Shown piece after piece: positions 29,022-37,648 of a DNA stretch of 64,000 bases. The first letter of the stretch is position 1. The number at the start of each line of letters is the position of its first letter. This DNA comes from an uncultured Acidobacteriota bacterium (lineage in GTDB: Bacteria; Acidobacteriota; Polarisedimenticolia; Polarisedimenticolales; DASRJG01), in NCBI GenBank assembly GCA_964383585.1, contig CAYLHQ010000001.1:69530-133529 (forward strand), given 5' to 3'. The position numbers and the translations under genes are program-made. The notes beneath the pieces are model-generated. The model had not been told where the DNA came from, searched no databases, and was given only the letters and a program-made list of their open reading frames with translations.

Positions 29022-29663
29022 ATGCGGCCCCGGGAGAAGCTCCTCGCGCGCGGGGCGGCGCATCTGAGCCGGGTCGAGCTCCTCGCGCTCCTCGTCGGGA
29101 GCGGCGCGCGGGGGGAGCCGGCGGCGAAGACGGCCGACCGTCTCCTCCGGCGACACGGGCTCCGCGCCCTCGCCGCCCTCGATCCCGAGCGGCTCGCGGC
29201 CGAGCGGGGGATCGGCTCGGCGACCGCCGCCCGGCTCGCCGCGGCGTTCGAGTTGGGCCGGAGGGTCCACTGCGGCGGGGGTCCCGAGCGCCCGAGGCTC
29301 GGCCGCCCGAACGACGTCTTCCGCCAGGTCGCCGACCTTGGCCGGGCGAAGAAGGAACACCTCGTCGGGCTCTACCTCGACGCCCAGAACGGGCTCATCG
29401 TCCGCGAGACGATCTCCGTCGGATCCCTGAACACCACGCGCACCCATCCCCGCGAGATCCTCTACCCGGCGATCGAGCATCTCGCCCTCGGCTTCATCCT
29501 GGTCCACAACCACCCCTCGGGGTGTCTCGAGCCGTCGGAGGAGGACGTCTCCTTCACGCGTGCGGTCCAGCGTGCGGGGGAAATCATGGGAATCGAGCTG
29601 TACGACCACTTGATCGTCGCCCGACACGGCTTCGTGAGCCTTAGGGAGCGGGGCGTTCTTTGA
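29022..29663 (+). CDS. radC: RadC-family JAMM-motif protein
   Basis: MRPREKLLARGAAHLSRVELLALLVGSG is the family-typical N-terminus. An HhH region and HNHPSG...PSEED (JAMM) are present. The longest ORF starts at 28896; the 42 extra residues have no family counterpart. Confidence 0.8.
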   Translation: MRPREKLLARGAAHLSRVELLALLVGSGARGEPAAKTADRLLRRHGLRALAALDPERLAAERGIGSATAARLAAAFELGRRVHCGGGPERPRLGRPNDVFRQVADLGRAKKEHLVGLYLDAQNGLIVRETISVGSLNTTRTHPREILYPAIEHLALGFILVHNHPSGCLEPSEEDVSFTRAVQRAGEIMGIELYDHLIVARHGFVSLRERGVL

Positions 29664-29689
29664 CGGAGACCGCCCCCACTCCCTACAAT
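29660..29689 (+). promoter_or_regulatory. Candidate sigma70 promoter for tyrS (TTGACG-18-TACAAT); predicts a leaderless or near-leaderless mRNA
   Basis: TTGACG at 29660-29665 overlaps the radC stop. TACAAT lies at 29684-29689. Only 8 nt (CCCGCGCC, no Shine-Dalgarno) separate it from the ATG at 29698. Confidence 0.45.
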
Positions 29690-29697
29690 CCCGCGCC

Positions 29698-30936
29698 ATG
29701 AGCGAGACGAAAAGCCCGTGCTCGGCGGCCGAGCAGTTCGAGATCCTGATTCGCGGTGCCGTCGACGTCGTCACCGGGGACGAGTTCCGGAGGAAACTCG
29801 ATCGCTCGTGCTCGACCGGAAAGCCCCTCACGGTGAAGGTCGGCTTCGACCCCACCGCCCCCGACATCCACCTCGGACACACGGTCCTGCTCCGCAAGAT
29901 GCGTCAGTTCCAGGACCTCGGGCACCGGGTCGTCTTCGTGATCGGCGATTTCACCGGGATGATCGGCGATCCCACCGGACGGTCGAAGACGCGTCCGCCT
30001 CTCACCCGCGAACAAATCGAAGAAAACGCCGAGACGTACCGGCGGCAGTGCTTCAAGGTCCTCGACCCGGAGAAGACCGAGATCCGCTTCAACAGCGAGT
30101 GGCTGCGTCCGCTCGGCGCCGAAGGGTTGATCCGACTCGCGGCCCGGTACAACGTCGCGAGGATGCTCGAACGGAAGGACTTCAAACAGCGCTACCAGGC
30201 CGGGCAGTCGATCGCCGTCCACGAGTTCCTCTACCCCCTCGCGCAGGCGTACGACTCGGTCGCCCTCGAGGCCGACGTCGAGCTCGGGGGTTCGGACCAG
30301 CTCTTCAATCTCAACGTCGGCCGCGACATCATGCCGGAGTACGGACTCGAGCCGCAGGTCCTCCTGACGATGCCGCTCTTGGAAGGCCTCGACGGCGTCG
30401 AGAAGATGTCGAAGTCGCTCGGCAACTACGTGGGGGTCGACGAGGACCCGAAGGAGATCTACGGGAAGATCCTGTCGATCTCCGACGGACTCATGTGGCG
30501 CTACTACGAACTCTGCACCGGTCTTTCCGCGGAGGGGCTCGAGCAGATGAAAGCGCTGGTCCGCGAAAAGGCGCTCCACCCGAAGAAGGCGAAGGAGGGC
30601 CTCGCGATGCGGATCGTCGCCGACTTCCACGGGGAGGCGGCGGCCCGGGCGGCGCGGGAGCAGTTCGAGCGGGTCTTCAAGGACCGCGAGGCCCCGTCGG
30701 ACGTCCCGGAGTTCCGCCGCCCGGCGGGAGACGGGAAGGTCTTTCTCGCGAGGTTGCTGGTGGATTGCGGTCTCGCGAAGTCGAGCAGCGAAGGGATGCG
30801 GTTGATCGCGCAACGGGGGGTCCACGTCGACGGCGCCGCCGTCGAACCGGGAACCCGGGAGATCGAGATCTCCCCCGGCCGCGAGGTTCTCCTCAAGGTC
30901 GGCAAGCGCCATTTCGCGCGGGTGCGCTTCGAGTGA
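29698..30936 (+). CDS. tyrS: Tyrosine--tRNA ligase
   Basis: HIGH motif (DIHLGH), KMSKS, and a C-terminal S4-like domain. Confidence 0.95.
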   Translation: MSETKSPCSAAEQFEILIRGAVDVVTGDEFRRKLDRSCSTGKPLTVKVGFDPTAPDIHLGHTVLLRKMRQFQDLGHRVVFVIGDFTGMIGDPTGRSKTRPPLTREQIEENAETYRRQCFKVLDPEKTEIRFNSEWLRPLGAEGLIRLAARYNVARMLERKDFKQRYQAGQSIAVHEFLYPLAQAYDSVALEADVELGGSDQLFNLNVGRDIMPEYGLEPQVLLTMPLLEGLDGVEKMSKSLGNYVGVDEDPKEIYGKILSISDGLMWRYYELCTGLSAEGLEQMKALVREKALHPKKAKEGLAMRIVADFHGEAAARAAREQFERVFKDREAPSDVPEFRRPAGDGKVFLARLLVDCGLAKSSSEGMRLIAQRGVHVDGAAVEPGTREIEISPGREVLLKVGKRHFARVRFE

Positions 30937-30968
30937 GGCGGCCGGCCCGCGCCGGAGGAGGGAAGCCC

Positions 30969-31457
30969 ATGGGCAAGGCCAAGAAGAAGACGAAGAGGGA
31001 GTCGACCGGGAACGCCGACATCGTCCGCGAACTCGCCGTCGCCTACGCGATGGAGCTGGAGACCGTGCAGAACTACATCGCCAACTCGGTCCACCTCGAC
31101 GGCGTCCGCTCGGAGGTGATCAAGAAGGCGCTTTCGGCCGACGTCGCGACCGAAGTCCAGCACGCGCAGCAGCTCGCCCAGAGGATCAAGACGATCGGCG
31201 GCCGCGTTCCGGGATCGCTCGAAAACCCGAGGAGCCAGAAGTACCTGCAGCCTCCGGACGATCCGACGGACGTCGTTTCGGTCATCCGGGGCGTGATCGA
31301 GGCGGAGGAGGCGGCGATCGCCCAGTACAACAAGATCATCCGCCTCTCCGACGGCCGCGACTACGTGACCCAGGACCTCTGCATCGAGATCCTCGCGGGG
31401 GAGGAGGACCACCGCCGGGAGTTCATGGGGTTCCTGCGGGAGTACGCGAAGGCCTGA
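30969..31457 (+). CDS. Ferritin-like (Dps/bacterioferritin-like four-helix bundle) protein
   Basis: ATG at 30969. It shows an ELETVQNY...EVQHAQQLAQRI...EAEEAAIAQY...GEEDHRREF spacing of E/H residues, typical of ferritin-like di-iron sites. Confidence 0.5.
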   Translation: MGKAKKKTKRESTGNADIVRELAVAYAMELETVQNYIANSVHLDGVRSEVIKKALSADVATEVQHAQQLAQRIKTIGGRVPGSLENPRSQKYLQPPDDPTDVVSVIRGVIEAEEAAIAQYNKIIRLSDGRDYVTQDLCIEILAGEEDHRREFMGFLREYAKA

Positions 31458-31458
31458 G

Positions 31459-31505
31459 CTGCCGCCACTCCATCGATTGCAGGAGTTTCCGCGCGATGGA
31501 GGCAG
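31459..31505. terminator. Inverted repeat / hairpin between convergent genes
   Basis: CTGCC(gcca)CTCCATCG, an 18-nt loop, then CGATGGAGGCAG. No U-tract. Confidence 0.3.
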
Positions 31506-31529
31506 AGGGCCCACAGGAAGCTCTCGCGG

Positions 31530-31552
31530 TCGATCCGGACTTCACGGATCGA
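31530..31552. terminator. Perfect 8-bp inverted repeat hairpin between convergent genes
   Basis: TCGATCCG-gacttca-CGGATCGA. Confidence 0.3.
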
Positions 31553-31594
31553 GGGTCTCGAGTCGTTCCCAGGCAGTGAGCGTCCGTCGATCCG

Positions 31595-33013
31595 TCACCA
31601 ACGCACGTTCACGCGGTAGGTCAGTTCGACCTCCTCCCCTTTCCGGAGCGGCACGTCGAACTCGATCGTCCCGGCGTCGAGCCGCTTCGCCGGGTGGGAG
31701 GAGGAGATCACCTTCCACTCCCCTCCGACCGGCTCGCGGACGGTCACCCGGACCGGCTCCTCCTTCCGGTTCCGGATCGAGATCCGGTACGAGGACTCGC
31801 TCTCGCGGGGACTCAACGCCCTCCAGTCGGTCTGGACGCGGTCGGCGACGACGTCGAACGCTTCGCCCACGAAGAGGGTGACGCGCTCGTCCCTCGGGGT
31901 GTGGTCGATGGCGTCTTCCCCCGCGAACTGCTCGAAGCCCGCCGCGTCCTTCTTGTAGACGCGGACCGTTCCCTTCGGGAGGGGCATCCCGAGTCCCGAC
32001 GCGGCGTCGTTCCGGAACTCGAGGAAGACCTTGCACTTCTCGTTTTCGGTCAGCGTTCCCGCCTTGTTCCGGTAGGCCCAGGGGATTCCGGTGAGGACGA
32101 GCTTCTTGTCGAGGGGAATCCCCGACCCCGCGAGGAGTCGAATCTGCTTCGTCTGGTTCTGCTTGAGGGTCGTCGGCCGCTCGAGGGTGTACAGGTGGTA
32201 CTCGAAGAACGACTCCTCGCGGAACGCATCGGCCTCGGGCGCGGCCATCGCGATTTCGGCGCGCATCGTCTTCGTCGTCTCGAACCGAGGCGGGGTGATC
32301 CGCCGCACGTCTCCGGCGACGAGTTTCAGGGTGGCGTTCTCGAAGGTCGCCCCGGAGCGATTCTCGACCGTGACCCATCCGGTGAGGTCGGCGCGCGTGT
32401 CGTCGGAGTTCACGACCGCGACGTAGTCGGCCGACCAGTTCATCCCGTCGGTCAGGTAGGAGACCTCGACCTCCTGTTTTCCCGCGCGCGGCGCGCGCAG
32501 CGTCCAGACGAGCGTGGGACGCGCGACGAGGTCGTCCGGCAGGTCGGGGAGGGTGATGCGGCCGGGCTGTCCGAGGACGATCCGCTCCCCGATCCGGAAC
32601 ACGGGGCCGCCGGCGGTCGCGAGGAGCGTCGCCCGTTGGGTTCGGGTGCTGAGGTCGTCCGCCTGCTCGACGACTTCGACCTCCTTCCCCACGTACTTCT
32701 CGAGGAGCGCCTCCGGCGAGATCAGGTCGTACTCGTAGTTCTGCTCGAGGACCGACACGCCGGACCCGCCGATCCCCTGGAGGTGGACCGTCCGCGGGTT
32801 GATGGCGGAGGGGACGTCCATGAACCGCATCGTGCCCTCTCCCGCGCGGTCGAGGTCGAGGATTCGCCTCTCGCGGACGAGGGCGAGGTTCACGTTGTAG
32901 ACCGTCACAGCGGCCGAGCCGCGGTCGGCGGCGGTCGAGTCGGCGAACTCCACGGATCGGGCGGTCATGGCCGAAACGAGGGCGATGGCGAACAGGACCG
33001 CGGCGGTGCGCAT
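31595..33013 (-). CDS. Secreted DUF4139-like protein
   Basis: Signal peptide MRTAAVLFAIALVSAMTA. Pattern TVYNVNLALVRE...VSYLTDGMNWSADY...TGWVTVENRSGATFENATLKLVAGDV... matches my memory of the DUF4139/DUF4140 family. Confidence 0.6.
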   Translation of the reverse strand: MRTAAVLFAIALVSAMTARSVEFADSTAADRGSAAVTVYNVNLALVRERRILDLDRAGEGTMRFMDVPSAINPRTVHLQGIGGSGVSVLEQNYEYDLISPEALLEKYVGKEVEVVEQADDLSTRTQRATLLATAGGPVFRIGERIVLGQPGRITLPDLPDDLVARPTLVWTLRAPRAGKQEVEVSYLTDGMNWSADYVAVVNSDDTRADLTGWVTVENRSGATFENATLKLVAGDVRRITPPRFETTKTMRAEIAMAAPEADAFREESFFEYHLYTLERPTTLKQNQTKQIRLLAGSGIPLDKKLVLTGIPWAYRNKAGTLTENEKCKVFLEFRNDAASGLGMPLPKGTVRVYKKDAAGFEQFAGEDAIDHTPRDERVTLFVGEAFDVVADRVQTDWRALSPRESESSYRISIRNRKEEPVRVTVREPVGGEWKVISSSHPAKRLDAGTIEFDVPLRKGEEVELTYRVNVRW

Positions 33014-33049
33014 GGGGAGACCTCCTTCCGGGCGGTTCCACGCCGCCCG

Positions 33050-33078
33050 ATTCTAGGAGACCCGCCGGGCGGGGCCAA
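33050..33078 (-). promoter_or_regulatory. Candidate sigma70 promoter for the DUF4139 gene (TTGGCC-17-TAGAAT on the minus strand)
   Basis: The minus strand reads TTGGCC (33078-33073), a 17-nt spacer, then TAGAAT (33055-33050). A 36-nt leader with GGAAGGAGG precedes the ATG at 33013. Confidence 0.3.
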
Positions 33079-33090
33079 GTTCCCGCGAGA

Positions 33091-35103
33091 TCACGGACAG
33101 CCGGCTGTTTCCCGCGGGGCGCAGGCGAGCGGCGAGGCCGGGCGGGGTCCCCACGAGGAGCGGCCGAGAAGCCCCTCGTTCCCCCCTGCGACGGGAGCGG
33201 CGAGGAAGTAACGATCGCCGGGGGCCGGGACGAAGGTGTGCGCGCGATCGGCCCCCGCGGCGCAGGTGACCGGGGCGTGCTCCCACTTCATCGCGCGGAG
33301 CGATTCGAGGCTCCCCTCGTACACGGCGAAGTCGGTCGCCTCCGTCGAGCAGGACGGTCCCCAGGCGAGGACGACTGCTCCGCCCTCACCCCGCTCCACG
33401 CTCAGCGCTCCCCCACCTCCCTCGGGAAGCGCTCCGGCCAACGCCGGAGCGGCGAGGATTTCGAACGAGGCGTCCGACGCGTCCCCCGAGCAGGACGAGG
33501 GGTACGGCGCCGGGGTGGGAACGACGCGGTTCGGCCGGATCACGCGCAGTCGGTTCTGCGTTCCGGGAACGTTCGGAACGATCCAGTCGTGGCTCCCGTC
33601 GTTGGCGATCCCCGAGGCGACCGGGGTCCACGCGACCCCGCCGTTCGAGGACCACTCGAGGCCCACCGTGCCCTTGTCCGGTCCGGTTTCGAGGGAAGAC
33701 GTCCACGCGACCGTCCGCGTCTCTCCCGCGCGCCAGGTCTCCCCGCCGTTCGGAGCGGTCAGAGCGAGGAGGTGGGGGTAGTGGCAGTGCGCGCCGTCCC
33801 GGTCGTCCTCTCCGAGGCGGGCCCCACGGCCGCCGCCGTAGGCGTAAGACCGCATCGTCGCGTCGGCGACCGAGGAGTGCCCGAAACCGAGGCCGTGCCC
33901 GAGTTCGTGGGTCGCGACCTCGGCGAGGTTCTCGGCGTTCCCGAGGAAGCACTCGAAACGGTCATTGAAGATGACGTAGAGGCGAAGCGCCGGGTAGAAC
34001 GTGACGTTGTTGACCGTTCCCGAAAGGGTCCCCGACCGCCAGTAGCCGCCGATCGCGAGGGTCCCGGAACAGCCCGAGGGGTCGGTGATGTCCCCGTAGG
34101 GGTCGCCGAAGAGGACGACGTTCGACGGGGGATACGCCTTCGCGGGGCTCTGGGCGCCGCTTCCCGTGAAGTCGGCGTTCTCGTTGCCGGGGGAGACGAG
34201 AAGACGCGACTCCGGGACGTCGGACCATGCCGCCATGGCCCGGCGGATCTGGAGCACCGCCGCCGCGTCGTCCGCAAGCGGGTTCCGGTCGGGCTCGACG
34301 TTCACGATCACCGCCTGGCCCGTGTCGATCGAGGTCCATCGCACCGGCGCGCCGGAGTGGAGAGGCGCGAACGCCGGATCGGAAGACGACAAGGGGCGGG
34401 CTCCGTCGAGAGTTCGGATCCGTTCGCCCGTGCGGAGCGGCGGAGGAGCCTCGCCTCGGTCGTCCCAGAGAAGCCGGTCGTACTCCGGCGGGACGAGTCT
34501 GCCTTCCTCCGGCGAGCGACCGGAGTTTTCGGGTCCGCCGGAATCCGATCGCGGGAATGCCGCCGCACGCGTTCGTTGCCGCGAGGAGGCGGCGATCAGG
34601 TCCCGTACGCGGAACGATTCGAAATCCCGCTCCGTGGGTCTTCCGAAGATCGTCCCCTGGCCGCCGAGGTCGCGCACCGCGCGATCGGGGCGGGCGTCCC
34701 CGACCGGATCGAGCGAGAACTTGCCGAAGAACTCGAAGGCGGTCCGCGGCGCGCCGTCGGGGCCGAGCGTCACGAACACGAAGACGCGCTCTCCGGGGCG
34801 ATAGGAAGGGACGGCGTCGGTTTCGTGGACGATCTCGCCGAAGCGTCCCCCCCGCTCCCGGAGGACGATTCTCGTAATCCCCGCCGGACCCTTGTGCGAA
34901 CGCTCGACGTCGAGGGTGACGTAGGTCGACACCGAGCCGGTTTCCGGATCGTAACCCGAGGCGACGGCGCCGACCGTCGCCTCCACGGCGATCGGGGCGC
35001 GCTCGGCGAGGCGCTCGACCGGGACGTAGATCGAAACGGCGGCCCCGGCCGGAATCGCGGCGAAAAGGACACCGATCCAGCCGGTCGTCGTGAGGCGCGG
35101 CAC
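33091..35103 (-). CDS. Secreted metzincin (M10 matrixin-like) zinc metalloprotease with C-terminal beta-sandwich domains
   Basis: HELGHGLGFGH (HExxHxxGxxH). Likely GTG start at 35103 preceded by GGAGG, followed by a signal-like segment WIGVLFAAIPAGAAVS. The longest ORF start is 35172. Confidence 0.8.
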   Translation of the reverse strand: MPRLTTTGWIGVLFAAIPAGAAVSIYVPVERLAERAPIAVEATVGAVASGYDPETGSVSTYVTLDVERSHKGPAGITRIVLRERGGRFGEIVHETDAVPSYRPGERVFVFVTLGPDGAPRTAFEFFGKFSLDPVGDARPDRAVRDLGGQGTIFGRPTERDFESFRVRDLIAASSRQRTRAAAFPRSDSGGPENSGRSPEEGRLVPPEYDRLLWDDRGEAPPPLRTGERIRTLDGARPLSSSDPAFAPLHSGAPVRWTSIDTGQAVIVNVEPDRNPLADDAAAVLQIRRAMAAWSDVPESRLLVSPGNENADFTGSGAQSPAKAYPPSNVVLFGDPYGDITDPSGCSGTLAIGGYWRSGTLSGTVNNVTFYPALRLYVIFNDRFECFLGNAENLAEVATHELGHGLGFGHSSVADATMRSYAYGGGRGARLGEDDRDGAHCHYPHLLALTAPNGGETWRAGETRTVAWTSSLETGPDKGTVGLEWSSNGGVAWTPVASGIANDGSHDWIVPNVPGTQNRLRVIRPNRVVPTPAPYPSSCSGDASDASFEILAAPALAGALPEGGGGALSVERGEGGAVVLAWGPSCSTEATDFAVYEGSLESLRAMKWEHAPVTCAAGADRAHTFVPAPGDRYFLAAPVAGGNEGLLGRSSWGPRPASPLACAPRETAGCP

Positions 35104-35181
35104 GCGTTCACCTCCGTCGCGGGTCCGCTCTCCGCGGACCGTTCCGGGGGGATGGTGCAAGCGCCGGACCACGGACCCCCG

Positions 35182-36357
35182 TCACCGCGCCAGGGAGCCC
35201 TCGAGGTAGTGCGCGATGCGGTCGAGCGTCTCCCGGGAGCGGCGGGAGTTGTGGCCCTCCCCCGCGAGGGGAACGAAGGTCACCGGTCCCCGCGCGGCGC
35301 CGACGAGCCGCCGGGCGTGCTCGATCGGGACGAGACCGTCCGAGTCGCCGTGTAGGAGGAGGGCGGGGACGGCAACCTCGGCGATCGCCCGCTCGGGCAC
35401 GAGCGAACCGGGGTCGAACGCCGCCCGCCAGCCGGCGACGCGGAAGATCACGGGGCGCAGGAGCGAGGCCGGGAGATGACGCCGCGTCACGGCGCGATCG
35501 ACGACGTCGGCGAGATCCGCGAACGGGCTGTCGAGCACGAGGACGCGGATCTTGGGCTCCCGGGACGCCGCGACGATCGCCGCGACCGCCCCCATGCTCT
35601 TCCCGACGACTCCGATGCGGTCCGGGTCGACCTCCTCGCGCCCCGCGAGCCAGTCGATCCCCGCGAGGAGGTCTCCCGCCTCCCTTGCGCCGAGGGTGAT
35701 GACGTCGCCGTCGCTGTCCCCGCGGCCGGCGAAGTCGAGAAAGAGCTGGGCAATCCCCGCTTCGTGAACGCGTCGGGCGAGGGGGAGCCACTGCCTTCGA
35801 TCGGAGCCGTTGCCATGCCCGTAGACCACCGCCGGCGCGCGCCCGCCTCCGGTCCCGGGAGGGGGAACGTACCAGCCCCGGAGCGTGAGCCCCGCCGGGT
35901 TCGGAAAGGCGACCGTCTCGAACGGGACCCCTTCCTCTTCGGGCGAGATCGCCCGCGCCTCGGATCGGACGTTCACGAGAATCGCCGACTCGGTTCCTCC
36001 GGGACCCGGCCGCCTCGCCTCGATCGTGAACGCGGCTCCGGCGGGGGCAGCCGACACGGCATTCGAAAACGCCTCGATCGAGGGAGCCTCCATGGCGTCG
36101 AGGCGGACGATGCGGTCTCCCGCCCGGAGGCCGGCCCGCTCGGCCGGTCCGAACGCCCGCTCGACGTGAAGACCTCCCTCCGGGGCTTCGCGGAGAGCGA
36201 GGCCGAGCACGGGGCGCGCCGAGGTCGAGATGCGCGGTCGCGGAGGGGCGACCATGAGATTCGACATCCCGACGAGAAAGGCGCACAGGACGACGACGAG
36301 CACGCCGAGAAGCGCGAGCCCCAGGTCGAACCTCGTGAAACCGACCTTTCTCCTCAA
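35182..36357 (-). CDS. Membrane-anchored PDZ domain plus alpha/beta-hydrolase (S9/DLH-like) protein
   Basis: N-terminal TM segment. PDZ-like GPAERAGLRAGDRIVRLD. Nucleophile elbow GKSMG. C-terminal LLLHGDSDGLVP...GEGH. Confidence 0.7.
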   Translation of the reverse strand: MRRKVGFTRFDLGLALLGVLVVVLCAFLVGMSNLMVAPPRPRISTSARPVLGLALREAPEGGLHVERAFGPAERAGLRAGDRIVRLDAMEAPSIEAFSNAVSAAPAGAAFTIEARRPGPGGTESAILVNVRSEARAISPEEEGVPFETVAFPNPAGLTLRGWYVPPPGTGGGRAPAVVYGHGNGSDRRQWLPLARRVHEAGIAQLFLDFAGRGDSDGDVITLGAREAGDLLAGIDWLAGREEVDPDRIGVVGKSMGAVAAIVAASREPKIRVLVLDSPFADLADVVDRAVTRRHLPASLLRPVIFRVAGWRAAFDPGSLVPERAIAEVAVPALLLHGDSDGLVPIEHARRLVGAARGPVTFVPLAGEGHNSRRSRETLDRIAHYLEGSLAR

Positions 36358-36406
36358 CCGGGACTCCCGCCTCGGCTTGCCCGGGGTGCGACGACTCGGC
36401 TACCTT

Positions 36407-36454
36407 GCCGCCCGATCGCCCGCCGCGCAACCCTCGGCGCGCGATCGGCGGAGG
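36407..36454 (+). promoter_or_regulatory. Imperfect long hairpin in the thrC 5' leader, overlapping the Shine-Dalgarno region
   Basis: GCCGCCCGATCGC pairs with GCGATCGGCGG (one bulge). An inner CGCGC/GCGCG extension is present. The right arm runs into GGAGGAAC, 6-10 nt before the ATG at 36464. Confidence 0.3.
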
Positions 36455-36463
36455 AACCCCGGG

Positions 36464-37648
36464 ATGGGCCGGATCGCCTCGACCCTCGAGTGGCTCGAGT
36501 GTACGCGGTGCCGCGAGGCCTTTCGACCGGACGTCCCGCGGGCCCTCTGCCGGTGCGGGGGCATTCTCTTCGCCCGGTACCGCCTCGAGGAGGCGGCCCG
36601 CACCCTCCGTCCGGAACGGATGGCCGGCCGCTCGTCGAGCATGTGGCGCTACACCGAGGTCCTTCCGGGGTCGGACGAGCCGGTCACGCTCGGAGAGGGG
36701 ATGACCCCCCTTCTCCCGCTCCGCTTCGTCGGCGCAGCGAACGGGATTCCGGACCTCTGGTGCAAGGACGAGTCGCTCAACCCGACCGGTTCGTTCAAGG
36801 CACGTGGGATGAGCGCGGCGATCACGATGGCGCGCCGGCACGGGGTGCGGCGCGTCGGTCTGCCCTCGGCGGGAAACGCCGGGAGCGCCGCCGCCGCCTA
36901 CGGGGCTCTCGCAGGTCTCGCGGTGGAGCTCTTCCTGCCGCGGGACACCCCCGCGCCGTTCCGCCTCGAAGCGGCCGTCTTCGGGGCGGTTGTCCGTCTC
37001 GTCGACGGAGACATCGCGACCTGCGGACGCGTGATGCGGGAGTCGGGAGGGGGCGAGGACCGGCTCGATCTCTCCACGATGCGGGAGCCCTACCGTGTCG
37101 AGGGGAAAAAGACGATGGGGTACGAGATCGCCGAGCAACTCGGATGGGTGCTGCCCCAGGTGATCGTCTACCCGACCGGGGGGGGCACCGGCATCGTCGG
37201 GATGTGGAAGGCGTTCGAGGAGATGGAGAACCTCGGTCTCGTCGAGCGGGGCCGCCGCCCGCGCATGGTCGCGGTCCAGGCGGCGGGCTGCGCACCGATC
37301 GTCGCCGCGTTCGAGCGCGGGGCGGCGACGGCCGAGCCGGTGGAGTCGCCGCGAACCTACGCGAGCGGGCTCCGCGTCCCGGCCCCCTTCGCGGACCGCC
37401 TAATCTTGGAGGCGATCCGGGAATCGGGGGGGACGGCCATCGCGGTGCGCGACGAGGAGATGGCCGTTGCCCAAATCGAACTTGCGAGGGGGGAGGGGAT
37501 CTTCGCGGCGCCGGAGGGAGGAGCCGCCTTCCATGCGGCGCGCGCGCTCGCCGCGAGCGGCTTCCTCCGCCCCGAGGACCGGGTCGTCGTGTTCAACACG
37601 GGGACCGGTCTCAAGTACCCCGAGATTCCGGGTCTGCGGGTGCCGTGA
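36464..37648 (+). CDS. thrC: Threonine synthase (PLP-dependent, with N-terminal zinc-ribbon)
   Basis: CTRC...CRCGG ribbon, PLP-lysine motif NPTGSFKARGM, and the glycine loop PTGGGTG. Confidence 0.75.
   Translation: MGRIASTLEWLECTRCREAFRPDVPRALCRCGGILFARYRLEEAARTLRPERMAGRSSSMWRYTEVLPGSDEPVTLGEGMTPLLPLRFVGAANGIPDLWCKDESLNPTGSFKARGMSAAITMARRHGVRRVGLPSAGNAGSAAAAYGALAGLAVELFLPRDTPAPFRLEAAVFGAVVRLVDGDIATCGRVMRESGGGEDRLDLSTMREPYRVEGKKTMGYEIAEQLGWVLPQVIVYPTGGGTGIVGMWKAFEEMENLGLVERGRRPRMVAVQAAGCAPIVAAFERGAATAEPVESPRTYASGLRVPAPFADRLILEAIRESGGTAIAVRDEEMAVAQIELARGEGIFAAPEGGAAFHAARALAASGFLRPEDRVVVFNTGTGLKYPEIPGLRVP

Noticed and set aside
29664-29697. T-box or other leader riboswitch upstream of tyrS
   Set aside because: The gap is only 34 nt and is fully occupied by the promoter hexamers, which is too short for any T-box.
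33091-35172. Longer start (GTG 35172) for the metzincin gene
   Set aside because: The 23 extra residues are R/G/H-rich and have no Shine-Dalgarno. GTG 35103 has GGAGG 8 nt upstream and is followed directly by a signal-peptide-like segment.
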